Shown here: piece after piece, positions 1 through 10,562 of the stretch
How the letters are laid out: every line of letters begins with the position of its first letter
How positions within the stretch are numbered: the first letter of the stretch is position 1
DNA from: a virus
Taxonomy: Duplodnaviria > Caudoviricetes
IMG/VR virus record: IMGVR_UViG_3300047279_000034
Span: 1 to 35,462 of that record
Reading direction: 5' to 3' (one strand)
Length of the DNA: 35,462 bases
The notes under the pieces: generated by a model
Seen by the model: the letters and a program-made list of their open reading frames with translations, nothing else
What the model was told of the DNA's origin: nothing
The model's database searches: none
Position numbers and translations under genes: made by a program

Positions 1-127
1 AGTAGATACTCAATGGCAGATTACTGGTTACAACATTAACCAAGATACCAATGTAGTTACAGTTTCAGGTCAAACGATTCAAATGAGCCAAATGGCTTCA
101 GGTACAGGTACAGGAGCAGTCGTTTTA
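1..127. repeat. Terminal direct repeat, identical to 35336-35462 (probable assembly overlap of a circular contig)
   Basis: agtagatact...gtcgtttta occurs at both ends; 127 nt is a common assembler k-mer length; an ORF reads through the junction. Confidence 0.95.
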
Positions 128-640
128 GCTCAAACTGCTTATACCCTTCCACCTGACTTTGAACGAATTACTGATAGAACTCAATGGGATAAGTCAAAAC
201 ATTGGGAAGCTCTAGGGCCTGAGAGCGCACAGCAATGGCAATGGCTTAAATCAGGATATATTTCTACAGGCCCTCGTATTCGTTGGCGTATTTTGGATAA
301 CCAATTTCAAATATGGCCACCAATGAACACCAATGAGTATCTTGGATGGGAATACCGTTCTAAAGGATGGGCTAGAGGCGTAGACAATACTGTTAAAAAC
401 AGCTTTACAGCCGATGATGACACAGCTATTTTAGATGACCGTATTATCGTTTTAGGCACAAAACTCAAGTATTGGTCTATTAAAGGCTTTGATACTACGA
501 CTCTAATGCAAGAATATCAGCGTTATTTGTCTATTGCTAAAGCTAACGATAAGGGTAGTCCTAACCTTAGTTTTGCTCCATATCCAAGTAAGGTTCTTAT
601 TGGTTACGCTAATATCCCTGATACAGGCTATGGTTCATAA
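1..640 (+). CDS. 3' part of head-tail adaptor / tail tubular A-like protein; gene starts at 35070 and crosses the junction (301 aa total)
   Basis: ATG 83 corresponds to 35418, which is in frame with ATG 35070; lies immediately upstream of the nozzle gene with a TAATG overlap. Confidence 0.7.
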   Translation, partial: VDTQWQITGYNINQDTNVVTVSGQTIQMSQMASGTGTGAVVLAQTAYTLPPDFERITDRTQWDKSKHWEALGPESAQQWQWLKSGYISTGPRIRWRILDNQFQIWPPMNTNEYLGWEYRSKGWARGVDNTVKNSFTADDDTAILDDRIIVLGTKLKYWSIKGFDTTTLMQEYQRYLSIAKANDKGSPNLSFAPYPSKVLIGYANIPDTGYGS

Positions 641-2649
641 TGTTCGGCTCACCTAAAACCAATACAGCTTCTACAGCTTCAGTTCCGTCTCCTATTGGAG
701 GCTGGAACGCTAGAGACTCACTTGCAAATATGAGTCCTACTGATGCTGTGCAAATGATTAATTTCTTTCCTACGCCTACTGATGTAATGATGCGTAAGGG
801 CTATACCCAAGCGTCTACAGGCATTGATGGCAAAGTAAATACTCTGATGAACTACTCAGATACTTCATTACCTGCTGGATATAGCTTGTTTGCTGCTGCT
901 GGAGATAAGATTTATGACGCTAAACCTGACCCTGCTGAAGTCGTATTTACAGGCATTACTAGCGATAAATTCCAATCTGTAAACCTGACAAACCAAGCAG
1001 GTCACTTTTTGGTGGCTTGTAACGGTGTAGACCCTACAATGGTTTATGACGGTTCTAGATGGTTTTATTTAGCAACTACGATAACTGCTCAAACAATCAG
1101 CACAATTACTCATGTAGGCGCAGTAGCTACTTTGACTACAGATGTAGCTCATGGATTAGTAGATGGAAACAGAGTTACTATTTCAGGTGCAGTAGAAGCT
1201 GCTTATAACGGTGTTTATGTCATTAATGTAACTGGATTAAATACTTTTACTTACACAATGGCATCAACTCCTGCTGCTAATGCTTCTGTAGTGGGTATTT
1301 ATACAGTATTAGGCATTACCAATACCGTAGTTGGTCAAACAATTAGCACTATTACTAAATCTAGTACAACAGCTACTTTAACAACTGCTACAGCTCATGG
1401 TTTATCAACTGGAGCTAGAGTATCAATTACTGGAGCAACTGCCAATAATTACAACGGTACTTATGTTATTACAGTTACTTCTACAACGACATTTCAGTAC
1501 ACAATGGTTAGCGCACCAGCAGCAGACGCTACTGTTGTAGGCACTTATAGCGTTTTAAGCCTTGATTCTTCTAACTTTATCAATGTCAATCTGTTTAAAA
1601 ATCGTCTTTATTTCACACAAAAAGATACCCTTACTTGCTGGTATTTGGATGTAGATTCGATTGCTGGAGAGGCTTTACCATTGTTTTTTGGTGGAATTGC
1701 TCGTAATTCAGGTTACTTGCAAGCTATGGGAACATGGACTTTAGATGCAGGTCAAGGCGCAGATGACTATGCAGTATTTGTCACTTCAATGGGTGAAGTC
1801 ATTGTTTATAACGGTACAGACCCTAATGTGGCAGAAACTTGGTTACTTAAAGGCGTATGGCAATTAGGTCAAACTTTTAACCGTAGATGCTTCTTTAAAT
1901 GGGCAGGAGACTTACTTTTGCTTACTCAAGATGGTCTTGTGCCTCTTGCTTCTGCTCTCCAATCGTCTCGCTTAGACCCTCGTATTAACTTAACAGACAA
2001 GATTTACTATGCTGTAAGTCAAGCTGCAACTGCGTATTACAATAATTTTGGCTGGCAGATTAACTATTACGCTAGTGAAAATATGCTGATTTTGTCTATT
2101 CCTACAAGTATAGGAATGGAACAATATGTAATGCACACCATTACAAAAGCATGGGCTAGATTTACAGGTATTGAGGCTTATTGTTGGGAAGTAAGCGGTG
2201 ATGCTGATATGCACTTTGGCGGTGATGGTTATGTAGGCAAGTTCTACAATACCTTTGCTGATAATGGCAATAACATTAATGCTTCTGTACAACAGGCTTT
2301 TTCTTATTTTGATTCGCCAGGTCAATTAAAACGCTTTACCCTAATAAGACCTATTATTCAGACTTCTAATGGTTTACCCTCAGTTCTTTGCGGTATTCGT
2401 ACAGATTTTGATGTATCTCCATTAGTTAATCAAATTGCTTTTAATCCTAATGTTCAATCTGTAGGCGTATGGGATGTAGGTATTTGGGATGATTGCACAT
2501 GGTACGGTGGTCTTATTACTACTAAGATTTGGCAAGGCGTGACAGGATTAGGCTTTAGTGGTTCAGTAAACATGAATGTGGCATCACAAGGAATTGAGTT
2601 TCATTGGGCTTCTACAGACTATGTAATGGAGCGTGGAGGCGTAGTTTGA
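640..2649 (+). CDS. Tail nozzle / DNA stabilization protein (P22 gp10 / tubular B-like) with two inserted repeat domains
   Basis: 669 aa beta-rich protein; N-terminal PSPIGGWNARD; position between adaptor and GNAT/ejection genes. Confidence 0.7.
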   Translation: MFGSPKTNTASTASVPSPIGGWNARDSLANMSPTDAVQMINFFPTPTDVMMRKGYTQASTGIDGKVNTLMNYSDTSLPAGYSLFAAAGDKIYDAKPDPAEVVFTGITSDKFQSVNLTNQAGHFLVACNGVDPTMVYDGSRWFYLATTITAQTISTITHVGAVATLTTDVAHGLVDGNRVTISGAVEAAYNGVYVINVTGLNTFTYTMASTPAANASVVGIYTVLGITNTVVGQTISTITKSSTTATLTTATAHGLSTGARVSITGATANNYNGTYVITVTSTTTFQYTMVSAPAADATVVGTYSVLSLDSSNFINVNLFKNRLYFTQKDTLTCWYLDVDSIAGEALPLFFGGIARNSGYLQAMGTWTLDAGQGADDYAVFVTSMGEVIVYNGTDPNVAETWLLKGVWQLGQTFNRRCFFKWAGDLLLLTQDGLVPLASALQSSRLDPRINLTDKIYYAVSQAATAYYNNFGWQINYYASENMLILSIPTSIGMEQYVMHTITKAWARFTGIEAYCWEVSGDADMHFGGDGYVGKFYNTFADNGNNINASVQQAFSYFDSPGQLKRFTLIRPIIQTSNGLPSVLCGIRTDFDVSPLVNQIAFNPNVQSVGVWDVGIWDDCTWYGGLITTKIWQGVTGLGFSGSVNMNVASQGIEFHWASTDYVMERGGVV

Positions 2650-3080
2650 GGCGTGTTACTACTGAAAATCAAGATGAGCTTAGAAGTTGGCTATCTGAAG
2701 TTGGAAAGTTTAACTATCCTCAAGAAACAATGTGTATAGGACAGGAAAAAGACGGCAAATTAATAGCTGTTGTTGGTTATAACGAATTTCTAACCGATTC
2801 CTGTCATATTCATGTTGCTAGTACAGAAGTAATTTGGCTAACAAAAGATTTATTATTTGCAATATTTGATTATCCCTTTAACAAGCTAAAAGTTAAGGTT
2901 ATACTTGCACCAATAGGACAGAACAATATTAAGTCCTTGAATTTGTGCCGAAAACTTGGCTTTAAGCAGGTAGCTGATATTCCTTACTCTCATCCTGATG
3001 GGAATTTGGTAATAATGGCAATAAAGCGTAATCAATGCAAATGGTTACAACAAGGAGAAAGCAATGGGCGGTATTGTTAA
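2646..3080 (+). CDS. GNAT-family acetyltransferase-like protein of the tail module
   Basis: C-terminal NIKSLNLCRKLGFKQ GNAT motif; TTG start at 2646 overlaps the upstream TGA, with GGAGG at 2635. Confidence 0.7.
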   Translation: MRRVTTENQDELRSWLSEVGKFNYPQETMCIGQEKDGKLIAVVGYNEFLTDSCHIHVASTEVIWLTKDLLFAIFDYPFNKLKVKVILAPIGQNNIKSLNLCRKLGFKQVADIPYSHPDGNLVIMAIKRNQCKWLQQGESNGRYC

Positions 3081-3930
3081 TGCAGTAGGTAGTTTATTTA
3101 GCGGTGGGAGTAGTAGTCAATCTGCTCCTGCAACTCCTGACTATACAGGCGCAGCTAACGCTACAGCTCAAGGAAACTTAGACGCTGCTAGAGCTGCTTC
3201 TGCTGCCAATCGTGTAAATCAAGTAACTCCTTACGGAAACCTTAATTACACTCAATCAGGTACAGATTCTTACGGAAATCCTACTTGGACTGCTACTACT
3301 GCTCTTAATGAGACAGGTCAAAAGCTATTAGACCAACAAAATCAAGCTGCTTTAGGTCTTGGAAGCACTATTAATGCTCAGTTAGGTCAAGTTCAGCAAA
3401 CAATGGGACAAAAGTTTGACCCTAATTTGCCTTCTACTGGTATGAATCCAGGACAGTCATATCAAGATGCTTATATGCAGCGTCTTGCTCCACAGATTGC
3501 ACAAGGTCGTGAATCTAATACTGCTGCTTTGGCTAATCAAGGTGTAGTGCCTGGTACTAAAGCATACGAAAATGCTATGCGCCAACAGTCAATGAAAGAA
3601 AATGACTTGTTATTGGGTGCTACAACTCAAGGCTTTGGAGTAGGTCAGCAAGCTAATCAGCAAGCCTATAACCAAGCAATGACTAACTACAATTTGCCTT
3701 TAAATACATTAAACGCATTGCGTACAGGCGCACAAGCTCAAAACCCTACTTTTGTAAATACTCCACAACAAGCTACTACTTCAGGAGCAGACCTTTTGGG
3801 TGCTACTCAAATGACAGGAAATTACAATCTTGGTACTTATAACGCAGGTCAAGCTCAAAATTCAGGTATGTTAGGCGGTCTAATGAGTCTTGGTGGCACA
3901 TTAGGTTCTGCTTACATGGGGATGAAATAA
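3064..3930 (+). CDS. Internal virion / DNA ejection (pilot) protein
   Basis: A/Q/G/N-rich; N-terminal SSSSQSAPATPDY; Gly-rich hydrophobic C-terminus; GGAG RBS; synteny. Confidence 0.6.
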   Translation: MGGIVNAVGSLFSGGSSSQSAPATPDYTGAANATAQGNLDAARAASAANRVNQVTPYGNLNYTQSGTDSYGNPTWTATTALNETGQKLLDQQNQAALGLGSTINAQLGQVQQTMGQKFDPNLPSTGMNPGQSYQDAYMQRLAPQIAQGRESNTAALANQGVVPGTKAYENAMRQQSMKENDLLLGATTQGFGVGQQANQQAYNQAMTNYNLPLNTLNALRTGAQAQNPTFVNTPQQATTSGADLLGATQMTGNYNLGTYNAGQAQNSGMLGGLMSLGGTLGSAYMGMK

Positions 3931-4706
3931 TGAGCTTTTGGAGCGACCCTTCCGCATCATTCGACCAACTAGGTAAAGACCCTTGGCACTCAATGGAAAA
4001 CTTTGGAACTACTGGTTTAGTACCAATGATTCCTTATGTTGCTGGTGCTGTAGGTAGTTTTTTTGGTGGGCCTGCTGGTGGAATGGCTGCTGGTTCTGCT
4101 GCTCAAGAAGGTGTTGATTATTTTTCAGGAAACTCCAAAGCAAGAACAGGTCAAGGAATTTTAGGAAGTCTTACTTCAGGTGCAGGTAAAGGCTACTTAG
4201 GTGGTATGGGTGCTGGATATGGAATGGATTTTTTTGGTGGAGCTGGTGGTGAAGGTGTAACTTCAGCAATTCCTTCAGATGGAAATGTTGGTGATGTATT
4301 TGCTGGATGGTCACCTACAGGTTCTTCTGCTAGTGGAATGGGAAGTGGTTTAGGTACTTCTAGTTCTAATCCTTTAGCTTACAACGACCCTTATGCAGCT
4401 CAAGATGTTATGCAACAAGCTAGAGATACTTCTGCTGCTAGTGGCAGTCCTACTTCATGGGATACAGGTTCTTCTAGTTCAGGTTTTGATTTACAAAGCT
4501 ATGGCAAGCAAATTGCTAAACAACTATTAAATCAAAAACAAGGCGGTATGGGTGGTATGGGTGGAAATCAACAAGGTTATCAATATCAGCCTCAAACTGT
4601 TCAAAGACAGGGAGCTTTTGCTCCTACTCCAGCACCATTTCAAGTACAAGATAAATCAGATATTGCAGCTTTAGTAGCTGCTCTTAGAGGCAAGGGAGCA
4701 ATTTAA
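3930..4706 (+). CDS. Gly/Ser-rich putative ejection protein with glycine-zipper segment
   Basis: VAGAVGSFFGGPAGGMAAGSAA; TAATG coupling at both ends. Confidence 0.5.
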   Translation: MSFWSDPSASFDQLGKDPWHSMENFGTTGLVPMIPYVAGAVGSFFGGPAGGMAAGSAAQEGVDYFSGNSKARTGQGILGSLTSGAGKGYLGGMGAGYGMDFFGGAGGEGVTSAIPSDGNVGDVFAGWSPTGSSASGMGSGLGTSSSNPLAYNDPYAAQDVMQQARDTSAASGSPTSWDTGSSSSGFDLQSYGKQIAKQLLNQKQGGMGGMGGNQQGYQYQPQTVQRQGAFAPTPAPFQVQDKSDIAALVAALRGKGAI

Positions 4707-6121
4707 TGGCAACTCAAGAAGAACTCAATTTATTGCAACAGAGTCAGCTTCCACCTGATTTATTAGCTGCTCAACAACAGCTAAATCGCCAACAAAGAAT
4801 GGCTGAAATGTTGATGCAACAAAATCAACAGCCTCAAGGTCAGATGATTAGTGGGCGTTATGTAGCTCCTGCATGGACTCAACAACTAGCTCCAGTAGTT
4901 AATCAACTTACAGGTGCTTATCTAGCCAATAAAGGCGATGAAAAAGCTACTGCTTTAGCACAGCAATTAAGAACTGGTCGTAATGCTGCTGAAGAATCAA
5001 TCATTAATAAAATGACAGGTACACCTGCACAAGCTACTGAATTAGCAGGGCCATACACAGGTAACATTCCTAAACCAATGGCAGTACAACCTGCTGTAGC
5101 TCCTGATTTAGCTGGTGCTTTAAGAGAAATTGGCACAAATCAATATGGTGCTGGTAAAGATTTAAAAGCAAGCATTCTTAAATCAATGATGCCTGACCCT
5201 ACAACTCTTGAGCGTGAATTTAAATCAGCACAAAATGACCCAATTAAGCCATTTAAAGGTTCATTTAACGAATTTAAAAATCAAATGTCCGATGCTGATA
5301 AAGCTCGTATTAATATTGATAGAGCTAGATTAAATCTTGCTGCACAAGAGCAAGCATGGAATTTAGGTTTACCTATGAGTGGTGGAGTAGGTGGTGGTGC
5401 GCCTATGCAAAATGCGCCACAAGCTCCTTTACAAACTATTAATCAAGGTAGTCCAATACTTGCTCCAAATCAACAATTACCTACTCAGGGTATGCCACAA
5501 CAAGGTATGCCACAAGGTCAAATGCCTAGATTTAATTCTAAGATGGAACAAGATTTATACCTTGATAAACAAAAGAAAATTAATCAATTACAAGCTGATG
5601 CTCAAAATGCTTTGCCTGGTGCATTAAATACAGTTAATTCAGGATTACAAGCTCTTAATGGAATGCTTGGTGATACTAGCGTGGATGCCAAAGGTAATGT
5701 TGTTTATGGCAAACAAGAGCCTCATCCAGGCTTTCATGGAGCAGTCGGTATTTCAGGTCTTGGTTCAGGTTTTGGAGCTGCTGGATTTTTACCAGCTACC
5801 GATGTTACTGACTTTAAATCACGATTTGAAGAAATTAAAGGCAAATCATTTTTGGAAGCCGTTGGCTCATTGCGTGGAACTGGTGCTATTAGTGAAATTG
5901 AAGGTGCTAAAGCAACAGCAGCTATTAATAGAATGTCTTTATCGCAATCTGAAGCTGAATTTGTTAGAGCAGCAGATGATTTAAGAAAGATTATGCTTAA
6001 AGGATATACGGCTGCTCAACAAAGAGCTGGTGCTGTTCCTATAAATTTAAATGCTAGTCCTACTATCCCAGGCGCACAGCCAAAAATGAAATACAACCTT
6101 CAAACAGGTCAATGGGAATAA
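4706..6121 (+). CDS. Internal virion / ejection protein
   Basis: Q-rich 471 aa helical protein; LRGTGAISEIEG motif typical of podovirus ejection proteins; synteny. Confidence 0.55.
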   Translation: MATQEELNLLQQSQLPPDLLAAQQQLNRQQRMAEMLMQQNQQPQGQMISGRYVAPAWTQQLAPVVNQLTGAYLANKGDEKATALAQQLRTGRNAAEESIINKMTGTPAQATELAGPYTGNIPKPMAVQPAVAPDLAGALREIGTNQYGAGKDLKASILKSMMPDPTTLEREFKSAQNDPIKPFKGSFNEFKNQMSDADKARINIDRARLNLAAQEQAWNLGLPMSGGVGGGAPMQNAPQAPLQTINQGSPILAPNQQLPTQGMPQQGMPQGQMPRFNSKMEQDLYLDKQKKINQLQADAQNALPGALNTVNSGLQALNGMLGDTSVDAKGNVVYGKQEPHPGFHGAVGISGLGSGFGAAGFLPATDVTDFKSRFEEIKGKSFLEAVGSLRGTGAISEIEGAKATAAINRMSLSQSEAEFVRAADDLRKIMLKGYTAAQQRAGAVPINLNASPTIPGAQPKMKYNLQTGQWE

Positions 6122-6124
6122 ATT

Positions 6125-8092
6125 ATGCCAATAATTGAAGTTGTTGGAATTGGGGATGTAGAACTGCCTGATGGAATGTCCAAAGAGCAGATGGCAGAGG
6201 CTTTAAATAAGCTACCTAAACCTGTTGAACAAAATCGTGGAACTCCTATTTATGGAGATGTTCCTACAGTAGCAGGTGCAAAACCTAATATTGTTGGCTA
6301 TGAACCTGCTCCTACTAAAAAGCCTATAACTATGCTTGATAGGGTTAAAACGCTTTATGAAGTGCCTACAGCTATTGTTGCGCCAATGGTGACAGAACCA
6401 GCTTCAATGCTTTATGGTCTTGGTAGAAGTGCTGTAGAAGGTGCTATGCAAGGTCAAATGCCTACTGGTGAAGCTAGAGATAAGTATTACAGACAAGCTA
6501 GTCAAGCAATGCAATATCAACCTACTTCACCTGTATCTCAAGAAGTTTTAGGTAATGTTGGAGAAGCATTAACAGCAGCAAAAATTCCTCCTTATATTGG
6601 AAATATTGGAGCTATTCCTTCTTTTGTTCAAAAAGCACCAAATGTTAGACCTGTTGTGCAAGAGTCAGTAATGCCAGCAGCTAATAGAATGGCTGGAGCT
6701 TTGCGTAACGAAGGTCAAATGATTCAAGAAGCAGTACAACCTGTAACTAACAGAGTTGCACAAGCTGTAGAACCTGTTACTTCAAGAATTGCACAAGTTC
6801 TTACTAAAGAACCAACAATGAGTGGAGTAGGAGCTGCACAAGTTCCTGAAGCTGTTAATAGAGTCCAAATGGCTCAACAATTAAGAGTTCCTGTAAAACT
6901 TAGCAAAGGTATGGCAGAGCGTGATTTAGGAGTTCAACAGTTTGAATCTGAAATTGCTAAACAATACCCTGAAACTATTGGCAAACCTTTAATTGTTAAT
7001 AAAGCTCAAGCCAATGATGCTATTTTGCAAAACTTTGATGCTTATGTAGATGCTACAGGCAAAGAAACTTATGGATTGCGTGAAACTGGAAAAGTAGTTG
7101 ATAAGGCTTTGATGAATCAAGTCAATAAAGCCAAATCAGATATTAATGCAGCATATAAAGCAGCTAAAGACGCTGGTGAAATGCAAGAACCAGTACCTTA
7201 TGTAGGAATTACGCAATACATTGAAAAACAAACTCCTACTGTAAGAGCCAAATTAGCTCCTATTCTTGATGCCGTTGATGAACAAATTAAAGTAAATGAC
7301 CCTAAGAAAACAGGTGCTATTCCTATTAATGCAATGGAAGATGTTTACAAATTTATTAACAAAAACTACGACCCTAGCGATGCAGTAGGAATGATGCACT
7401 CTATAGAAATGAAAAAGTTAATTAATGCTGCTACTCAAGACAAAGGTGGAGAGTTGTATCAAAAAGCTCGTTCTTTGCGTAGCAAGTTTGGTAGTCAATT
7501 TGAAGATGTTGGTGCTGTTGATAAGCTATTGCGTACCAAAAAAGGCACTACAGACCGAGCAATAGCTTTTGAGGATGTATTTAAGCATTCTATTCTTGAT
7601 GGCTCTAAAGACGATGTAGCTGCTATTGGCTTAACCTTGAAAAAAGGTGGAGCAGAAGGTCAGCAAGCATGGAAAGAGCTACAAGGTCAAACAATACAGC
7701 ACATTAAAGACAAAGTTACTCAATCTATTGATGTAGATTCTTTTGGAAATCCTGTTGTTTCTCCTGCTAAATTCAAATCAGCTATTAACGAACTAGACCA
7801 AGACGGTAAGTTAGATTACATTTTTGGTAAAAAAGGTGCTGAAGAAATTAGAAACTTGTATCAAACAACGCTTAATGTAAATGCTCCATTAAAAGGAGCT
7901 GTAAACTACTCAAATACATCTAGCGCATTAATGAAAGCATTGGATAATATATCAATACTACCTGTAGCTCGTGTTATTGGCGTTAAACAAGGACTTCAAA
8001 AAGTCAAAGAAGCTGGAATTAAAAAGCAAGTTGAAGAATCTGTTAATTATTCGCCTGAAAGCATGGCAAATCAGTTAAGAAAAGGAAAGTAA
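6125..8092 (+). CDS. Large internal virion / DNA transfer protein
   Basis: 655 aa helical protein; last gene before the tailspike, as for P22 gp16. Confidence 0.55.
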   Translation: MPIIEVVGIGDVELPDGMSKEQMAEALNKLPKPVEQNRGTPIYGDVPTVAGAKPNIVGYEPAPTKKPITMLDRVKTLYEVPTAIVAPMVTEPASMLYGLGRSAVEGAMQGQMPTGEARDKYYRQASQAMQYQPTSPVSQEVLGNVGEALTAAKIPPYIGNIGAIPSFVQKAPNVRPVVQESVMPAANRMAGALRNEGQMIQEAVQPVTNRVAQAVEPVTSRIAQVLTKEPTMSGVGAAQVPEAVNRVQMAQQLRVPVKLSKGMAERDLGVQQFESEIAKQYPETIGKPLIVNKAQANDAILQNFDAYVDATGKETYGLRETGKVVDKALMNQVNKAKSDINAAYKAAKDAGEMQEPVPYVGITQYIEKQTPTVRAKLAPILDAVDEQIKVNDPKKTGAIPINAMEDVYKFINKNYDPSDAVGMMHSIEMKKLINAATQDKGGELYQKARSLRSKFGSQFEDVGAVDKLLRTKKGTTDRAIAFEDVFKHSILDGSKDDVAAIGLTLKKGGAEGQQAWKELQGQTIQHIKDKVTQSIDVDSFGNPVVSPAKFKSAINELDQDGKLDYIFGKKGAEEIRNLYQTTLNVNAPLKGAVNYSNTSSALMKALDNISILPVARVIGVKQGLQKVKEAGIKKQVEESVNYSPESMANQLRKGK

Positions 8093-8094
8093 TA

Positions 8095-10464
8095 ATGTCT
8101 AGAAACGGTAACGGTACATACAATCTTCCTGCTGGTAATCCAGTAGTTACAGGCACAACTATTAGCTCTACATGGGCTAATAATACCCTTGCAGATATGG
8201 CTAATGCCATTACAGGTTCTATTGCTGCTGATGGTCAAACACCTATTACAGGTGCTTTAAAAGGCACTAATGGTACTGTTTCTTTTGCTGGAGTAGGTCA
8301 AACCAAGATTCCTAGTGGAACTACTGCTCAAAGAGCTGCAAGTCCTACAGATGGAATGATTCGCTACAACACAGACTTAAAGCAATATGAAGGTTATAAA
8401 GATGGTGCTTGGTCTATTTTTGGTAATGGTGCTGGTGGTACATTGTTTAGCGATACAGTTACAGCTACTCAAGGTCAAACTGTTATTGTTTTGACTACTG
8501 GTTATGTATTAGGTGGAGATAACTTATCTGTTTATGTAAACGGTAGCCGTCAAATTTACAATGTAAATTACACAGAAACTTCTACTACTTCATTTACATT
8601 TACTACAGGCTTAAACGCTGGTGATTTAGTAAACTACACCATTGGAGCTTCTACTTCTCTTTCTGTAAATGCTACTTCTGTGCTTTATAACGAAGGTGGA
8701 ACAGGTGCTGTAGACCAAAATGTAGAATCTAAATTACAAGAATCTGTATCTGTTAAAGATTTTGGAGCAGTAGGCAATGGAACTACAGATGATACTGCTG
8801 CTATTCAACTTGCTTTATCTAGTGGTGCAACTCGTATTTATTTTCCAACTGGAACATATAAAATTCTTTTAACTGAAGGCAGTTATTTACATAAATTTAC
8901 AAGTGGTGATATAGAGCTTTTTGGTAATGCCACAATTTTAGATACTTCTACTTATACGCTTAATGGCCCATTTACTGAAATATTTTGGTTTGATGGAGTT
9001 TCTTCTGCTTCTGTTACAGGTATTAATTATCTAGGACCAGTTGTTTCATCTCCTACTACACAAGTTGGATATTTAGGTGCAATTTTTGTAAGAGCTACAA
9101 CAGGTTCAACAAATATTACAGTTAATGCTCAAATTGAAAATGCTAGATATGGTGTGCAATCAGGCGAATATGCAACTCCAGCATTAGGATATTGTTCTAA
9201 TTTTGATTTAACTTTAGATTGTTTATTAGTTGGTTATCCTTTAGCTACTTATCTAGCTAACAATATTAATGCCAATATTAATGCCGAAAAAACACATAGA
9301 GCTGCGTATGTTGCTGGCGGTAAAAATGTCAATATAGATGCTCAGTTTAAAAACCAATATATTGCTGATGTACAGGTACTTTTAACTGATGCAATGACTG
9401 GAACTGGAACTTCAGTAGGCTGTAGCGATTGCACAGTAAGAGCAATAGACTTAGGTAGTACTATATTCACAGCAAATAGTTATTGCGCTGGTCTTAATTT
9501 ATCAAGAGTAGACCCATATACTTATTTTAAAAATATTAGTTTTAATATATATGTAAATGCTAGTGATACTGTAGCTTCTACTATTGGTGGTGTAATTATA
9601 AGTGGTACTGGTACTGGGTATCCAAACGATTGGATTCAAACTGTTGGATTAACTAATATATCCATTAGCGGTGTTATTGATAGGTCAGGTCAAACAATAA
9701 CTGAACATGGCGTTGGAGAGATATATGTATACACAGAGTCTACAAATCCAGCATATTACGGTACTGTTCGTGAATTAAATGTATCTAACTTTACTTATTT
9801 ACCTGGCTCTGGCTCAAAACCTAGAGGATTTTGGTTTGTAATGCCAGGACTTACAGGACAAGCAAATTTTAACAATAGTTATTTTGGAACAGCTACACCA
9901 TTTTTATATTTAACTAATTCCACTTCAAGCACTTTAGTTTCTAATTGCACATTACAAGGTACAAGCAATGTTTTAAATGGCGCAGACCCAAATTCAAGCA
10001 AAATTTGTTTTGTTGGTTCAACTATATCTAATCAAAACTATACGCCAACTGATAGCTACAAATCGTTTCTTAATACATCTATTCAAGGTGCTGGTTCTGT
10101 TGTTAAAACATTGTCTAAAGAAATAGCTTTAGTTGGAGCATTACCAACATGGACTGGAGCTTTACCAAACAACTCTATTATTTTGGGTGTTTCAGGATAT
10201 TTAACACAAAGCATTACTGGTGCAACTGGTATGTTAATTGGTGTTACTGGTAATACTACTAGATTTTTAGATACAAATACTACTACTGCTGGGCTATCTT
10301 TTTCTGTTTCTAACGGAACAGATACAACGCCACAAATTCAAGTTGGAACAGGAAATATTATTATTACTCCTAAAGTTGTAACTATTCCACCAACAGCCGT
10401 ATTTACTGGTGGTAGTTTAAGATTAGTTGTATCTTATATAACAATTAATGCACCAACTTCTTAA
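8095..10464 (+). CDS. Tailspike / tail fibre with N-terminal virion anchor and pectate-lyase-like beta-helix (putative depolymerase)
   Basis: MSRNGNGTYNLPAGNPV anchor; VSVKDFGAVGNGTTDDTAAIQ..IYFPTGTY motif. Confidence 0.85.
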   Translation: MSRNGNGTYNLPAGNPVVTGTTISSTWANNTLADMANAITGSIAADGQTPITGALKGTNGTVSFAGVGQTKIPSGTTAQRAASPTDGMIRYNTDLKQYEGYKDGAWSIFGNGAGGTLFSDTVTATQGQTVIVLTTGYVLGGDNLSVYVNGSRQIYNVNYTETSTTSFTFTTGLNAGDLVNYTIGASTSLSVNATSVLYNEGGTGAVDQNVESKLQESVSVKDFGAVGNGTTDDTAAIQLALSSGATRIYFPTGTYKILLTEGSYLHKFTSGDIELFGNATILDTSTYTLNGPFTEIFWFDGVSSASVTGINYLGPVVSSPTTQVGYLGAIFVRATTGSTNITVNAQIENARYGVQSGEYATPALGYCSNFDLTLDCLLVGYPLATYLANNINANINAEKTHRAAYVAGGKNVNIDAQFKNQYIADVQVLLTDAMTGTGTSVGCSDCTVRAIDLGSTIFTANSYCAGLNLSRVDPYTYFKNISFNIYVNASDTVASTIGGVIISGTGTGYPNDWIQTVGLTNISISGVIDRSGQTITEHGVGEIYVYTESTNPAYYGTVRELNVSNFTYLPGSGSKPRGFWFVMPGLTGQANFNNSYFGTATPFLYLTNSTSSTLVSNCTLQGTSNVLNGADPNSSKICFVGSTISNQNYTPTDSYKSFLNTSIQGAGSVVKTLSKEIALVGALPTWTGALPNNSIILGVSGYLTQSITGATGMLIGVTGNTTRFLDTNTTTAGLSFSVSNGTDTTPQIQVGTGNIIITPKVVTIPPTAVFTGGSLRLVVSYITINAPTS

Positions 10465-10562
10465 TATTATCTTGTTAAAAAGTTTATTGAAGATTAAAAA
10501 ATGTTTATAATTATTTGCATGTTTGATAAAGTTAAATAAAAAATTAAAAAAAGAAAGCTGAC

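Noticed and set aside
1-127. Biological terminal repeat
   Set aside because: It falls mid-gene and equals a typical assembler k-mer length; most likely an artefact of circular assembly
2646-3080. Mom-like DNA-modifying acetyltransferase
   Set aside because: GNAT genes between nozzle and ejection genes are common in podoviruses; nothing points to a DNA substrate
6727-6796. 11 aa tandem duplication (AVQPVTNRVAQ / AVEPVTSRIAQ) in the large ejection protein
   Set aside because: Real but an ordinary in-frame helical repeat
10465-10562. Mini-ORF MFIIICMFDKVK (10501-10539) or lysis promoter in an AT-rich gap
   Set aside because: Too short with no RBS, and TATAAT lacks a convincing -35; could be a gene remnant but is unsupported
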